Shown here one piece after another: positions 1 through 8,968 of a DNA stretch of 64,000 nt. Under the pieces are notes generated by a model, which made no database searches, was not told the DNA's origin, and saw only the letters and a program-made list of their open reading frames with translations. The translations under genes and the position numbers were made by a program. The stretch's first letter is position 1; each line of letters starts with the position of its first letter. The DNA lies in assembly GCA_963730185.1 (NCBI GenBank), contig CAVSQW010000013.1:128001-192000 (forward strand), in the 5' to 3' direction. Source of the DNA: an uncultured Gemmatimonadales bacterium (GTDB lineage: Bacteria; Gemmatimonadota; Gemmatimonadetes; Gemmatimonadales; GWC2-71-9).

Positions 1-1645
1 CCGCGAGGTCGTCGAGGTCAGGGAAGGGCGGGTAGCCCGGGTCGAATTCCTGCTCCGGGCGATGCCGATGGCGCTCGATGAGCTCGTGACGACCGCTTCG
101 CCCGAGTCGCAGGCCCCCTCACCGTCCACCCTCAGGATTCGGGGCAGCGGCATCGCCAAGGCCAATGGCCGGATTCTAGGCCAGTCGGCCCGCCGCGACT
201 TCAACACCGAGGAGTACAAGTACTTCGACGACAATGGTTGGAAGACCTCGCGACGCGACCCGCTCTCCACCTTCTCGATCGATGTCGACGCCGCCAGCTA
301 CAGCAACGTCCGTCGATTCATCTCCCGGGGACAGCTGCCGCCCAAGGACGCGGTCCGGGTCGAGGAGATGATCAACTACTTCCACTACGACTATCCCGAT
401 CCTCGGGATGACGATCCCTTCTCCGTCACCACCGAGCTCACCGACGCTCCCTGGGCCCCGGGCCACAAGCTGGCCCTGATCGGCTTGCAGGGACGCCGCT
501 TGATCATGGACCGCCTTCCCCCGACCAATCTGGTGTTCCTGCTCGACGTGAGCGGGTCGATGAACGCGCCCGACAAGTTGCCCCTGGTACAGGCGGGGTT
601 CCGGCTGCTCGTCAACCAGCTCCGCCCGGAGGATCGGGTGGCGATCGTGGTCTATGCCGGCGCGGCCGGCCTGGTGCTGCCGTCGACCTCGGGAGCCGAC
701 AAGGACCGGATCCTCGAGGCCATCGATCGCCTCCAGGCCGGCGGCTCGACGGCCGGCGGCGCCGGCATCCAACTGGCGTATGCCGTGGCCCGGGAGCACT
801 TCCTTCCCGAGGGCAACAATCGGGTGATCCTCGCCACCGACGGCGACTTCAACGTCGGCGCCTCGAGCGAGGGCGAGCTGGTCCGGATGATCGAGGCGCG
901 CCGCCAGGACGGCGTGTTCCTCACCGTGCTCGGCTTCGGCACCGGCAACCTCAAGGACTCGCGGATGGAGCAGCTGGCCGACAAGGGGAACGGCCACTAC
1001 GCCTACGTGGACGACCTGCTCGAAGCCAAGAAGGTCTTCGTCCAGGAGCTCGGCGCCACGCTCTACACCATCGCCAAGGACGTGAAGGTCCAGGTCGAGT
1101 TCAATCCCGCCCGGGTCGCCTCCTATCGCCTGGTGGGGTACGAGAACCGAGTCCTTGCCGCCGAGGACTTCAACGACGATCGGAAGGACGCGGGCGAGAT
1201 GGGCGCCGGGCACAGCGTGACCGCGCTCTACGAGATCATCCCGGTCGGGGGAGATTCCGACGACGATCGGCGGCCTGCCGTCGACCCCCTCAAGTACCAA
1301 ACCCGGGACCGCCCCCGGATCACCCGCGACCGTCCGTCGGGTGACTGGTTCACCGCCAAGTTCCGCTACAAGACCCCCCAGGGCCTCCGGAGCCGCCTGC
1401 TGGAGCGGGTGGTGCGCTCGGAGAACCGGCCGTCGACCGACTTCCGGTTCGCCACCGCGGTCGCCGCGTTCGGGATGGTGCTTCGGGATTCCGAGTACAA
1501 GGGCGACCTGACCTACCGCGAGGTGCTTTCCCTCGCCCGGGCCGCCCGGGGTAGGGACGACGACGGCTACCGAGGCGAGCTCGTCCGATTGGTCGAGACG
1601 GCCTCCTTGCTGGCCGAGCGGAATCCGGTGACCGGCGATCGATAG
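1..1645 (+). CDS. VWA-domain protein (YfbK/DUF3520-like), 5'-truncated by the window edge
   Basis: STFSIDVDAASY, LVFLLDVSGSM (MIDAS), ILATDGDFNVG, DAGEMGAGHSVTALYE. The frame is open from base 2 (REVVEVREGRVARVEF), so the gene starts upstream of the window. Confidence 0.9.
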   Translation, partial: REVVEVREGRVARVEFLLRAMPMALDELVTTASPESQAPSPSTLRIRGSGIAKANGRILGQSARRDFNTEEYKYFDDNGWKTSRRDPLSTFSIDVDAASYSNVRRFISRGQLPPKDAVRVEEMINYFHYDYPDPRDDDPFSVTTELTDAPWAPGHKLALIGLQGRRLIMDRLPPTNLVFLLDVSGSMNAPDKLPLVQAGFRLLVNQLRPEDRVAIVVYAGAAGLVLPSTSGADKDRILEAIDRLQAGGSTAGGAGIQLAYAVAREHFLPEGNNRVILATDGDFNVGASSEGELVRMIEARRQDGVFLTVLGFGTGNLKDSRMEQLADKGNGHYAYVDDLLEAKKVFVQELGATLYTIAKDVKVQVEFNPARVASYRLVGYENRVLAAEDFNDDRKDAGEMGAGHSVTALYEIIPVGGDSDDDRRPAVDPLKYQTRDRPRITRDRPSGDWFTAKFRYKTPQGLRSRLLERVVRSENRPSTDFRFATAVAAFGMVLRDSEYKGDLTYREVLSLARAARGRDDDGYRGELVRLVETASLLAERNPVTGDR

Positions 1646-1676
1646 CGACGCTCTCCTGACCGTTGGGTGGGGCCAG

Positions 1677-1710
1677 GCCCCCGACGCCTCGCGCCAGGCG
1701 CCGGGGGTTT
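1677..1710 (+). terminator. Putative intrinsic terminator after the VWA gene
   Basis: CCCCCGACGCCT-CGCGCC-AGGCGCCGGGGG stem followed by TTT. Confidence 0.55.
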
Positions 1711-1811
1711 GGCCATCCCGCCAGCGGACCAGGGCCATCTGGCCCCATGTGCGACGGATCGTCGCATCGTATGTTGGTTGGGTTGAAGAAACGTTCAGGC
1801 AGAGGCGCGCC

Positions 1812-2225
1812 ATGGGCATGACCTTCACGGTGGAACCGGGGCGGCGCCTGGTCTTCACTGTCGCCGACGGCCCCCTTCGGGTCGCGGATTTCGCCACCCA
1901 CGTCCAGGCCCTGGCCGACGCCGGGGCCCTCGGGCACTCGCAGTTGATCGACGCTCGATCGGCCTCGCTCGACATCACCACCCATGAAAATCGGAACTTC
2001 GCCGAGCTGATGCGACGGATGCGGGCGGTGCATGGATCGACCCGCACCGCCTTTGTCGTCTCCCGGGACCTCGACTATGGCCTCGCCCGGATGTACGAGG
2101 GCATGAGCGCCGAGATCGACCCCGGCTTTCGGGTCTTCCGCGACCTGACCGAAGCCCGGCAATGGATTCTCGAGCCCGTGGGGGGCGCGACCCGGGGCGA
2201 TCGTGCGGACCAGGAGCGGAGCTAG
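1812..2225 (+). CDS. Hypothetical protein (SpoIIAA/STAS-SEC14-like small alpha/beta)
   Basis: ORF with GC3-rich codons. The pattern QLIDARS...TAFVVSRDLDYGLARMY...FRVFRDLTEARQWI resembles SpoIIAA-like proteins. ATG 1812 follows AGAGG. Confidence 0.6.
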   Translation: MGMTFTVEPGRRLVFTVADGPLRVADFATHVQALADAGALGHSQLIDARSASLDITTHENRNFAELMRRMRAVHGSTRTAFVVSRDLDYGLARMYEGMSAEIDPGFRVFRDLTEARQWILEPVGGATRGDRADQERS

Positions 2226-2251
2226 TCGGTCGGTTGGCTCCCGGGGCCGCG

Positions 2252-2301
2252 TTGACGGCCGGCCGAGCGTCGCGTACATTCCCCGGAAACGTTCCGGGGA
2301 A
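2252..2301 (+). promoter_or_regulatory. sigma70-type promoter plus palindromic operator of padR-1
   Basis: TTGACG(2252)-17 bp-TACATT(2275), then the perfect inverted repeat TTCCCCGGAA-ACG-TTCCGGGGAA (2279-2301). Confidence 0.7.
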
Positions 2302-2304
2302 CGC

Positions 2305-2646
2305 ATGGCTCAACCCGATCTCGATCTGCTCCAAGGCACCTTGGACGTCCTGGTGCTCAAGGCCCTTCAAGGCGGCGCGGCCCACGGCTACGCCGTCGCT
2401 CGCTGGATCCGGAGCCAGACCGACGAGGTGATCCAAGTCGAGGATCGGGCCTTGTACGTGGCCCTGCACCGGCTCGAGGCCCGGGGCTGGATCGAGTCGG
2501 AATGGGGTCTCTCCGAAAACAACCGCCGGGCCAAGTACTACGAGCTCACCGCAGCGGGTCGCCGTGGCCTCCGGGAGAAGGCCGCGGGGTGGTCGGTCTA
2601 CGCCGCGGCCATGGCCAAGGCGCTCGGCGGGCCTGCGGAGGCCTGA
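2305..2646 (+). CDS. PadR-family transcriptional regulator (Acidobacterial type)
   Basis: LLQGTLDVLVLKAL...HGY...LY.ALHRLE..GWI.SEWGLSENNRRAKYY. Confidence 0.92.
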   Translation: MAQPDLDLLQGTLDVLVLKALQGGAAHGYAVARWIRSQTDEVIQVEDRALYVALHRLEARGWIESEWGLSENNRRAKYYELTAAGRRGLREKAAGWSVYAAAMAKALGGPAEA

Positions 2647-2647
2647 C

Positions 2648-5323
2648 GTGGCTCGTTTCGCCGGCGTTCGCCGTCTGCTCCGAATGCTCGCGCGGCGGCG
2701 GACCGTCGACCGCGACGTCCGGGACGAGCTGGACTTCCACCTCGTCTCCCGGGAGGACGAGCTGGTCCGGTCCGGACTCTCGCCGTCCGACGCGCGGGGC
2801 GTGGCCCGCCGGGAGTTCGGCGACCTGGACGCCGCCCGGGCGGAGCTGAGCCGTGTCACCCGGGTCGTGGCCCGAAGGCGCGACCGGGCCGAGTGGCTGG
2901 CCGACCTCGCTACGGACCTCCGGCTCGCGGGGAGGCGCCTCGTCCGAGAGCCGGGTTACTTCACCGCCGCCGTCCTGACGCTCGGTCTCGGCATCGGTGC
3001 CAACCTCGCCATCGCCGCGGTGGGCCAGGCCGCGCTGCTTCACCCGTTACCGTATCCGCGTCCCGACCGGCTGGTCGTGGTGGAGGAGACGAAGGGCGGC
3101 GTCGGCGCGGATCGGAGCGAGGCGTCCTACCCCGATTTCGAGGATCTTCGGACTGCCGCCGAGCCGGTGCTGAGCGGCCTCGAGGCGTTCGACCCCGGCA
3201 ACGCCACCGCGACCATCGGGGGACGGGCCGACCGGGTTCGGGTGACCGAGGTGACGCCGGGCTTCCTCGACCTGCTCGGCGCCCGACGTGTCCTGGGTCG
3301 GTCGTTCCGGCCGGAGGAGAACGTTCCGGGTGGCGGGTCGGTCACGGTGCTGTCCCATCGGTACTGGCGGGATGCCTTCGGCGCCGATCCCGGGGTCCTC
3401 GGCCGGGTCGTGACGCTCGACGGGACCGCCTACGCCGTCGTCGGCGTGGTGGCGGGTGACTTTCACTTTGCGCTGGGCGGTGACCCGGATCTCTGGCTTC
3501 CCTTGGGCGCGTCGGCCGGCCGGCGGGCCCAACGCTTCAATCACTGGCTTCATCCGGTGGGCCGCCTCCAAGACGGAGTATCCCTTGCCACGGCCGAGAG
3601 CCGCCTGGCGGGGGTGATGCGCCGGCTCGCGGCGGCCTATCCCGAGACCAACGCCGGGCGGGGGGTGGTGCTCACCTCGCTTCGAGACGAGATCGTCGGC
3701 GGCGTCCGGCCGATCGTGCTGGGCCTGGGGGCGGCGCTCCTCATGGTGCTGCTGATCGTCTGCGCCAACCTGGCGAGCCTGACCTTGGCCCGCGGCCTGG
3801 CCCGTGGCCGGGAGCTGGCGGTGCGGACGGCGCTGGGTGCGAGCCGGGGACGGGTGGTCCGACTCCTCCTGACCGAGAGCCTGCTGGTCGCGCTGGCCGG
3901 CGCCGTCCTCGGAGCGGTGGCCGCTGGTCCCGCCGTTCGCCTCGCGCTCGGCGCGGTCCCCGAGGGAACGCTCAACACCCTTCCTTTTCTCGCTCAGGCC
4001 CGGATCGCTCCGTCGACCCTCGGGTACGGGCTGGCGTTGTCGCTCGGGGCCGGTCTCCTGTTCGGCGCGGTTCCGCTCGTGGCGTTTCGTTGGTCGGAGC
4101 CGGGCGCGCTCCTCGCCGGCGGAGCCCGGCTTCTGGGTTCCCGGGGTCGTCTCCGGTCCGTTCTGGTGGTGGGTCAGGTGGCCTTGACCGCGGTGCTTCT
4201 AGTCGGCGCCGGGCTGCTGACCCGGAGCCTGGCACGCCTGCTCGACCAGGATCCTGGGTTCGTGTCCGATCACGTCCTGACTGCCCGGGTCGCCCTCGAC
4301 GCGCCCCGGTTCGACTCGGCCGGTACCCGAGGTCGCTACCTCGCCGAGGTGGTCCGCGAAGCCCGCACGCTGCCGGGCGTCCGATCCGTGGGCGGTGTCA
4401 CCCAGCTGCCACTCAACGGAGGCTCGACCAACACCTTCAAGGTCGAGGGTGCGCCGGAGCCTGATCCGGCCGCCCGTCCGGAGGCGGTGATGCGGGGCGT
4501 CGTCGGCGACTACTTCGAAACCCTGAAGATCCCGTTGTTCGACGGGCGCTTCCTCACCCCAGACGACGACCGTCCGACCGCGCGGTCCCTGCTGGTCAAC
4601 CGATCGCTGGCCGACCGGTTGTGGCCTCACCGCTCCGCGATCGGGCAGCGGCTCCGCTTCTACGCCTTTCCGGACAGCGCCTGGGAGGTCGTGGGTGTGG
4701 TGGGAGACGTGAGGACGGAGGCACTCGACGCCCGGGTCCCACCGACCATCTACTACTCCGGCATCGCGGCCGGCGACGGGCGGATGTCACTCGTCGTGGA
4801 GACCGCGGGCCTGCCCACCGAGCTGATTCCGGCGCTCCGGGCCATGCTGACCGCGCTGGCGCCGGACGTGCCGGGTTACTCGATCGCCTCGATGGACGAG
4901 TACGTCGCTCGGTCGCCGGCGATCGCCGGCCGGCGCCTCACCTTGATCGTGGTCGTGGCGCTGGCCGGACTCGCCCTGGCGCTGGCGGTGGTGGGGCTCT
5001 ATGGCGCGCTGGCCTACCAGGTGGCGCAACGCCGTCGTGAGCTCGGCCTCCGGATAGCCCTGGGCGCGAGTCCTGGTCGGCTCAGGGGAGCCGTGCTTCG
5101 GGCGGGGGCGGCCCTGGCTGGGCTCGGGCTCGGGCTCGGTTTGGTCGTCGCGCTGGTGGTAGGACGGGCGTTGACCGATCTGCTTTACGGCGTGGGCGCG
5201 ACCGACCCCACCACGTTCGGAGTGGTCGCGGTGCTGCTGCTCTTCACCGGCTTGGTGGCCAGTTGGCTTCCGGCCTATCGGGCGGCCCGGGTCGATCCCA
5301 TCGAGACCCTCCGGGACGACTGA
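2648..5323 (+). CDS. Duplicated MacB/FtsX-like orphan ABC permease (ADOP family)
   Basis: N-terminal DELDFHL...ARREFG prefix domain, two periplasmic+FtsX halves, C-terminal PAYRAARVDP. GTG start 1 nt after the padR stop. Confidence 0.9.
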   Translation: MARFAGVRRLLRMLARRRTVDRDVRDELDFHLVSREDELVRSGLSPSDARGVARREFGDLDAARAELSRVTRVVARRRDRAEWLADLATDLRLAGRRLVREPGYFTAAVLTLGLGIGANLAIAAVGQAALLHPLPYPRPDRLVVVEETKGGVGADRSEASYPDFEDLRTAAEPVLSGLEAFDPGNATATIGGRADRVRVTEVTPGFLDLLGARRVLGRSFRPEENVPGGGSVTVLSHRYWRDAFGADPGVLGRVVTLDGTAYAVVGVVAGDFHFALGGDPDLWLPLGASAGRRAQRFNHWLHPVGRLQDGVSLATAESRLAGVMRRLAAAYPETNAGRGVVLTSLRDEIVGGVRPIVLGLGAALLMVLLIVCANLASLTLARGLARGRELAVRTALGASRGRVVRLLLTESLLVALAGAVLGAVAAGPAVRLALGAVPEGTLNTLPFLAQARIAPSTLGYGLALSLGAGLLFGAVPLVAFRWSEPGALLAGGARLLGSRGRLRSVLVVGQVALTAVLLVGAGLLTRSLARLLDQDPGFVSDHVLTARVALDAPRFDSAGTRGRYLAEVVREARTLPGVRSVGGVTQLPLNGGSTNTFKVEGAPEPDPAARPEAVMRGVVGDYFETLKIPLFDGRFLTPDDDRPTARSLLVNRSLADRLWPHRSAIGQRLRFYAFPDSAWEVVGVVGDVRTEALDARVPPTIYYSGIAAGDGRMSLVVETAGLPTELIPALRAMLTALAPDVPGYSIASMDEYVARSPAIAGRRLTLIVVVALAGLALALAVVGLYGALAYQVAQRRRELGLRIALGASPGRLRGAVLRAGAALAGLGLGLGLVVALVVGRALTDLLYGVGATDPTTFGVVAVLLLFTGLVASWLPAYRAARVDPIETLRDD

Positions 5324-5411
5324 CCGCGATGTGACGGAAGTCTCAGCGCGCCCGGCGGCCCGGCCTAGATTTCTCCCGGCATCGAGCCTCACCCTTTGCC
5401 GGGAGCGTCCC

Positions 5412-5933
5412 ATGGTCCGACCGCTGCTGCTCGCCTTCGTGCTCCTGCCCGCCGGGCCGCTCTCGGCTCGGGCGCAGTCCGGCTCGCACCCCCACCACCG
5501 GCACCACGACTCCACTCAGGCCGGCGGCGACTCCGCCTATGCTGCGATGCAGGCGCGCGGCAAGCAGGTGATGGGCGTCGACCAGTACTCCTCGGTCCAC
5601 GTCTTCGACGCGCTACCCGACGGCGGCCGGATCGAGCTCCAGCGTCCCGAGGCCGACTCCGCCGACGTCGAGGCGATCCGGGACCATCTGCGCGACCTGA
5701 GCCGGCGGTTCGCGGCCGGCGATTTCTCGCTGCCGGGGATGGTGCACGACGAGGAGGTGCCGGGTGCCCGGACCTTGGCCGAGCGACGCGACCACGTGCA
5801 CTACGAATTCCGGCCGCTTCCCAAGGGGGGCGAGCTCCGGATCACGAGCCACGACGAACAGGCGCTGGCGGCGCTCCGGGAGTTCATGGCGTTCCAACGC
5901 CGCGAGCATCACGCGGCCGGCCGGCCCCGCTAG
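5412..5933 (+). CDS. Secreted His-rich hypothetical protein
   Basis: Signal-peptide-like N-terminus, HPHHRHH tract, RGKQVMG...HVFDALPDGGRI...FQRREH. Confidence 0.7.
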   Translation: MVRPLLLAFVLLPAGPLSARAQSGSHPHHRHHDSTQAGGDSAYAAMQARGKQVMGVDQYSSVHVFDALPDGGRIELQRPEADSADVEAIRDHLRDLSRRFAAGDFSLPGMVHDEEVPGARTLAERRDHVHYEFRPLPKGGELRITSHDEQALAALREFMAFQRREHHAAGRPR

Positions 5934-6601
5934 TCGGGCGCCTCGGCGAGTCGGGCCAGACCGGCCGGATCGAGGAGGTCGAAGCGACCTCGTCCCGCCG
6001 GCGCGATCAGTCGCCGCCGGGCGAGGTCGCGGAGGGCTCGCACCACCACCTCGCGGACGGTCCCGATCTCCTCGGCCAGGGCGCCCTGGGTCATGCCCAG
6101 GACCACGGGGCCGCCGTCGGAGCGGGCCCGCTCGAGGAGAAAGCCGGCCACTCGGGCCCGGGCGTCGAGCCGGGCCAGCCGGTCCAGGCGCGACACGAGT
6201 TCCCGAACCCGCTCCGCGAGCCGCCTGAGAAACTGGAACGCCACCTCCGGGTGCGCCGCGGCCACGTCGAAGAGCGCCTCGCGGGAGAGCACCGCGCAAC
6301 GGGTCGGGCGGGCGGCGATGGCCGACGCCGGATAGACGCCGCCGGCGAAGAGCGGGATCTCGCCGAGCGTGCCACCGGCCTGCTCCACGTGAATGACGAA
6401 CTGCCGGGTTCCCCGCCCGCGCACCACCCGCACCTCACCCTCCAGGACGAGGTACAGTCCCTTCGGCTGGCTCCCGGCCGTCCAGAGCACTCGGCCGGGC
6501 TCGAACCGCCGCGCAACCGCGTGCCGGGCCAGCGCCGCGAGGGCCGGGGCCGGCAGACTCTCGGCGATGGGGAGGCGGTGCAGCTCGGCGGGATCGATCA
6601 T
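5930..6601 (-). CDS. Crp/Fnr-family transcriptional regulator
   Basis: cNMP-type domain (LYLVLEGEVRV, GEIPLF..G.YPASA) and HTH TQGALAEEIGTVREVV.RAL. Confidence 0.9.
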   Translation of the reverse strand: MIDPAELHRLPIAESLPAPALAALARHAVARRFEPGRVLWTAGSQPKGLYLVLEGEVRVVRGRGTRQFVIHVEQAGGTLGEIPLFAGGVYPASAIAARPTRCAVLSREALFDVAAAHPEVAFQFLRRLAERVRELVSRLDRLARLDARARVAGFLLERARSDGGPVVLGMTQGALAEEIGTVREVVVRALRDLARRRLIAPAGRGRFDLLDPAGLARLAEAPD

Positions 6602-6711
6602 GCCGTGGCCCAGCCCGCGCCGCTGACGCCGCGGCGTGCGGAGCCGATATTGCTTGCGATCAGGCGGGTCCGAGCGGGCCCACGAGAGCGACTCGTCACC
6701 TGGGGGAATCC

Positions 6712-7143
6712 ATGCCCGACATTCTCCACGATTTCCCGATCGCCGCCCCGATCGAACCCGTCTTCGATGCCGTGGCGACTCCGGGCGGTCTGGCCTGCTG
6801 GTGGGCGGCAGGGGCTAGCGGCACTCCGGCGCTGGGCGAAATCTACGACCTCGACTTCGGACCGGGCTATCGGTGGCGTGCCCAGGTGACCGAACTGGAC
6901 CGGCCGACCCGGATCGAGTGGAGCCTGATCGAGGCAGACGCGGATTGGACCGGTACTCGGGTGGCGCTCAGGCTCGCGCCCCGAGGCGAGCTCACCCAGG
7001 TCGAGTTCAGGCACCTGGGCTGGCCCGAGGCCAACGCCCATTTCCGGACCTCGTCCTTTTGCTGGGCGATGTACCTCCGGCTCCTCAAGCGGTACCTGGA
7101 GGTGGATGAGATCGTGCCGTACCAGCTCCGCCTCGACGTCTGA
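6712..7143 (+). CDS. SRPBCC/AHSA1-like domain protein
   Basis: I.APIEPVFDAVAT..GL..WW, DWTGTRV, FRHLGW, WAMYL..LK.YLE. Confidence 0.85.
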   Translation: MPDILHDFPIAAPIEPVFDAVATPGGLACWWAAGASGTPALGEIYDLDFGPGYRWRAQVTELDRPTRIEWSLIEADADWTGTRVALRLAPRGELTQVEFRHLGWPEANAHFRTSSFCWAMYLRLLKRYLEVDEIVPYQLRLDV

Positions 7144-7145
7144 CG

Positions 7146-7718
7146 CTACCGGGGCAGCTTGCCCAGGACGTGCTGCATCACGGCCGTGGCGAGGACCTGG
7201 GCCGAATCCGGCTGGCCCTTGGGAGGATCGGCATTGACCGACACCTGATAGTGCCCGTCGTAGGCCGTGAGGGTCTTGATCTCCGGGGTCCAGTAGGCCA
7301 TCGAGCCCAGACCTTGGACCGGCGCGCTCGCGTCGAGCAGGTCCTGGCCCATGCCCGACACGGCGTCGTCACCCTTGGCGACGGCTGCCTTCAGGTCGTC
7401 GAACGAGGTCGGGGGCGATTCGCTGGCGCTGTAGCGGACCAGCACGCTCAGCCCGCGATACGAGGGCGCCGAATAGAGGCAGTTCGTCACCACGATGCCG
7501 CCGGCCTCGTTGCGCTGGTCGATGCGCTTCTTCCCTTCTCCCACCTCCTCGCCGAGGAACCGGCCGGCGTCGGCGGGCGAGACGATCTGACACACATCGA
7601 TGGCCGGGAGCCCGGCCGGATCGGCGGCCTTGGTCTCGCCGCCGCCCTTGGGGCCGCCGCCACAGGCGCCAAGCAGCAAAGCCAGGGGGAGGAGTCGGAT
7701 CACGGGCGATGAGGGCAT
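7146..7718 (-). CDS. Putative lipoprotein (DUF3558-like)
   Basis: Lipobox LLLGAC, DVCQIVS, C.Y, VQGLGSMAYW. Confidence 0.7.
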   Translation of the reverse strand: MPSSPVIRLLPLALLLGACGGGPKGGGETKAADPAGLPAIDVCQIVSPADAGRFLGEEVGEGKKRIDQRNEAGGIVVTNCLYSAPSYRGLSVLVRYSASESPPTSFDDLKAAVAKGDDAVSGMGQDLLDASAPVQGLGSMAYWTPEIKTLTAYDGHYQVSVNADPPKGQPDSAQVLATAVMQHVLGKLPR

Positions 7719-7736
7719 GACGGCCTCCGGGTTGGG

Positions 7737-8823
7737 TCAGTGGGTTCCCGGCTCCGAGAAGCGGAGCAGCTCTTCCAAGTATCGTCCCCAGACGGCCGGG
7801 AGGGAGTGGGTGCCGTGGCCGCGGGTCTGGTCGCTGATCGGAATCAAGAGGTAGCGTCCCCGTTTCACGTGGGTGATCTCCCGCTCCATGATCCCCAGCT
7901 CGGGCGGGTTGACCTGATCGTCGGCGGAATTGATCGCGAACAGAGGCGCCGTGATCGCCTCGAGGTGGGGCGAGGGGTCGTAGTTCCGCGAGGCGTCGAA
8001 CTGGTAGATCAGGTCGTTGGCGTCGAGCCCCGCCGCGTACCGCTTGACCCGGTCGGCCAGAAATCGCTCGGCCGCCTCGCGGGTCGGAGCTTCCTTCTGC
8101 CACTGCAAGCGGGCTCGACACCATGACCATCAGCTCGTGGACCGCCGAGATCAGCCCGTGCGGCTGGGCGGTGTATTCGCCGCCTTTCCACTCGGGGTCG
8201 GTCTCGATGTCGTCGATCATCATCTTCCGCATCATCCGATTCCGGCCGGCGATCTCCACCGGCAGGCTGGCGAGCGGCATCAGCGCGTCCATGAAGTCCG
8301 GGTAGGTATAGCCCCACACCCAGGTCTGCATGCCGCCCATCGACGTGCCGGTTACCAGGCGGAGATGGTTCACGCCGAGATGGTCGGTGAGGAGGAGGTA
8401 CTGGGCCCGGACCATGTCGTCGTAGGTGTACTTCGGGAACCGCATGTGGAGGCCGTCGCTCGGGCGGCTCGACTTCCCGTGACCGATGCCGTCCGGGAGA
8501 ATGAGGTAGTAACGGGTCGCGTCGAGGAGCTGACTCTGGCCGAACAAGTGGCCCCCGAAATTGGCCGAGAGAAAGCCGCGGCCGCTTCCTGTGGTCCCGT
8601 GCATGATCAGCACGGCATTGGTGGTCTTCCCGCTTGGGTCGCGGCGGGGGCTTCCAATGGTGGTGTAGTGGAGCCGGAGCTCGGGCAGGGTCTCGCCCGA
8701 CTGGAACCGGAAGTCGCGGACGACGTAGTCGCCCTCGGTCGGGGTGGGGTAGGTCTCGACCTGCGCGGCGAGCGGCGCCGTCAAGCCGGCCAGCGCGAGC
8801 AGGCCGGGGAGTGGGATGCGCAT
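7737..8823 (-). CDS. Exported alpha/beta hydrolase, homoserine O-acetyltransferase (MetX)-like; frameshifted near 8107
   Basis: FQSGETLPELRLHYTT, HGTTGSG and nucleophile GTSMGG in ORF 7369-8850. The C-terminal INSADD and GHGTH lie in ORF 7737-8108. Removing one T (CTTGCAG to CTGCAG) joins them as SSPLQWQ. Confidence 0.8.
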
Positions 8824-8968
8824 GAGGTGCCTCCAGCGAGTCGACCTCACGTTAGTCGTTCCCCGCCCCCGGTGCCACTGACCTGCTCAGTCGGCTCCGG
8901 GGGCTGATGCCGGGGCCGAATCGGACCGCTCGGGCCCGGCCGACCGACGGCCGGGGCCCCGGGTGGCG

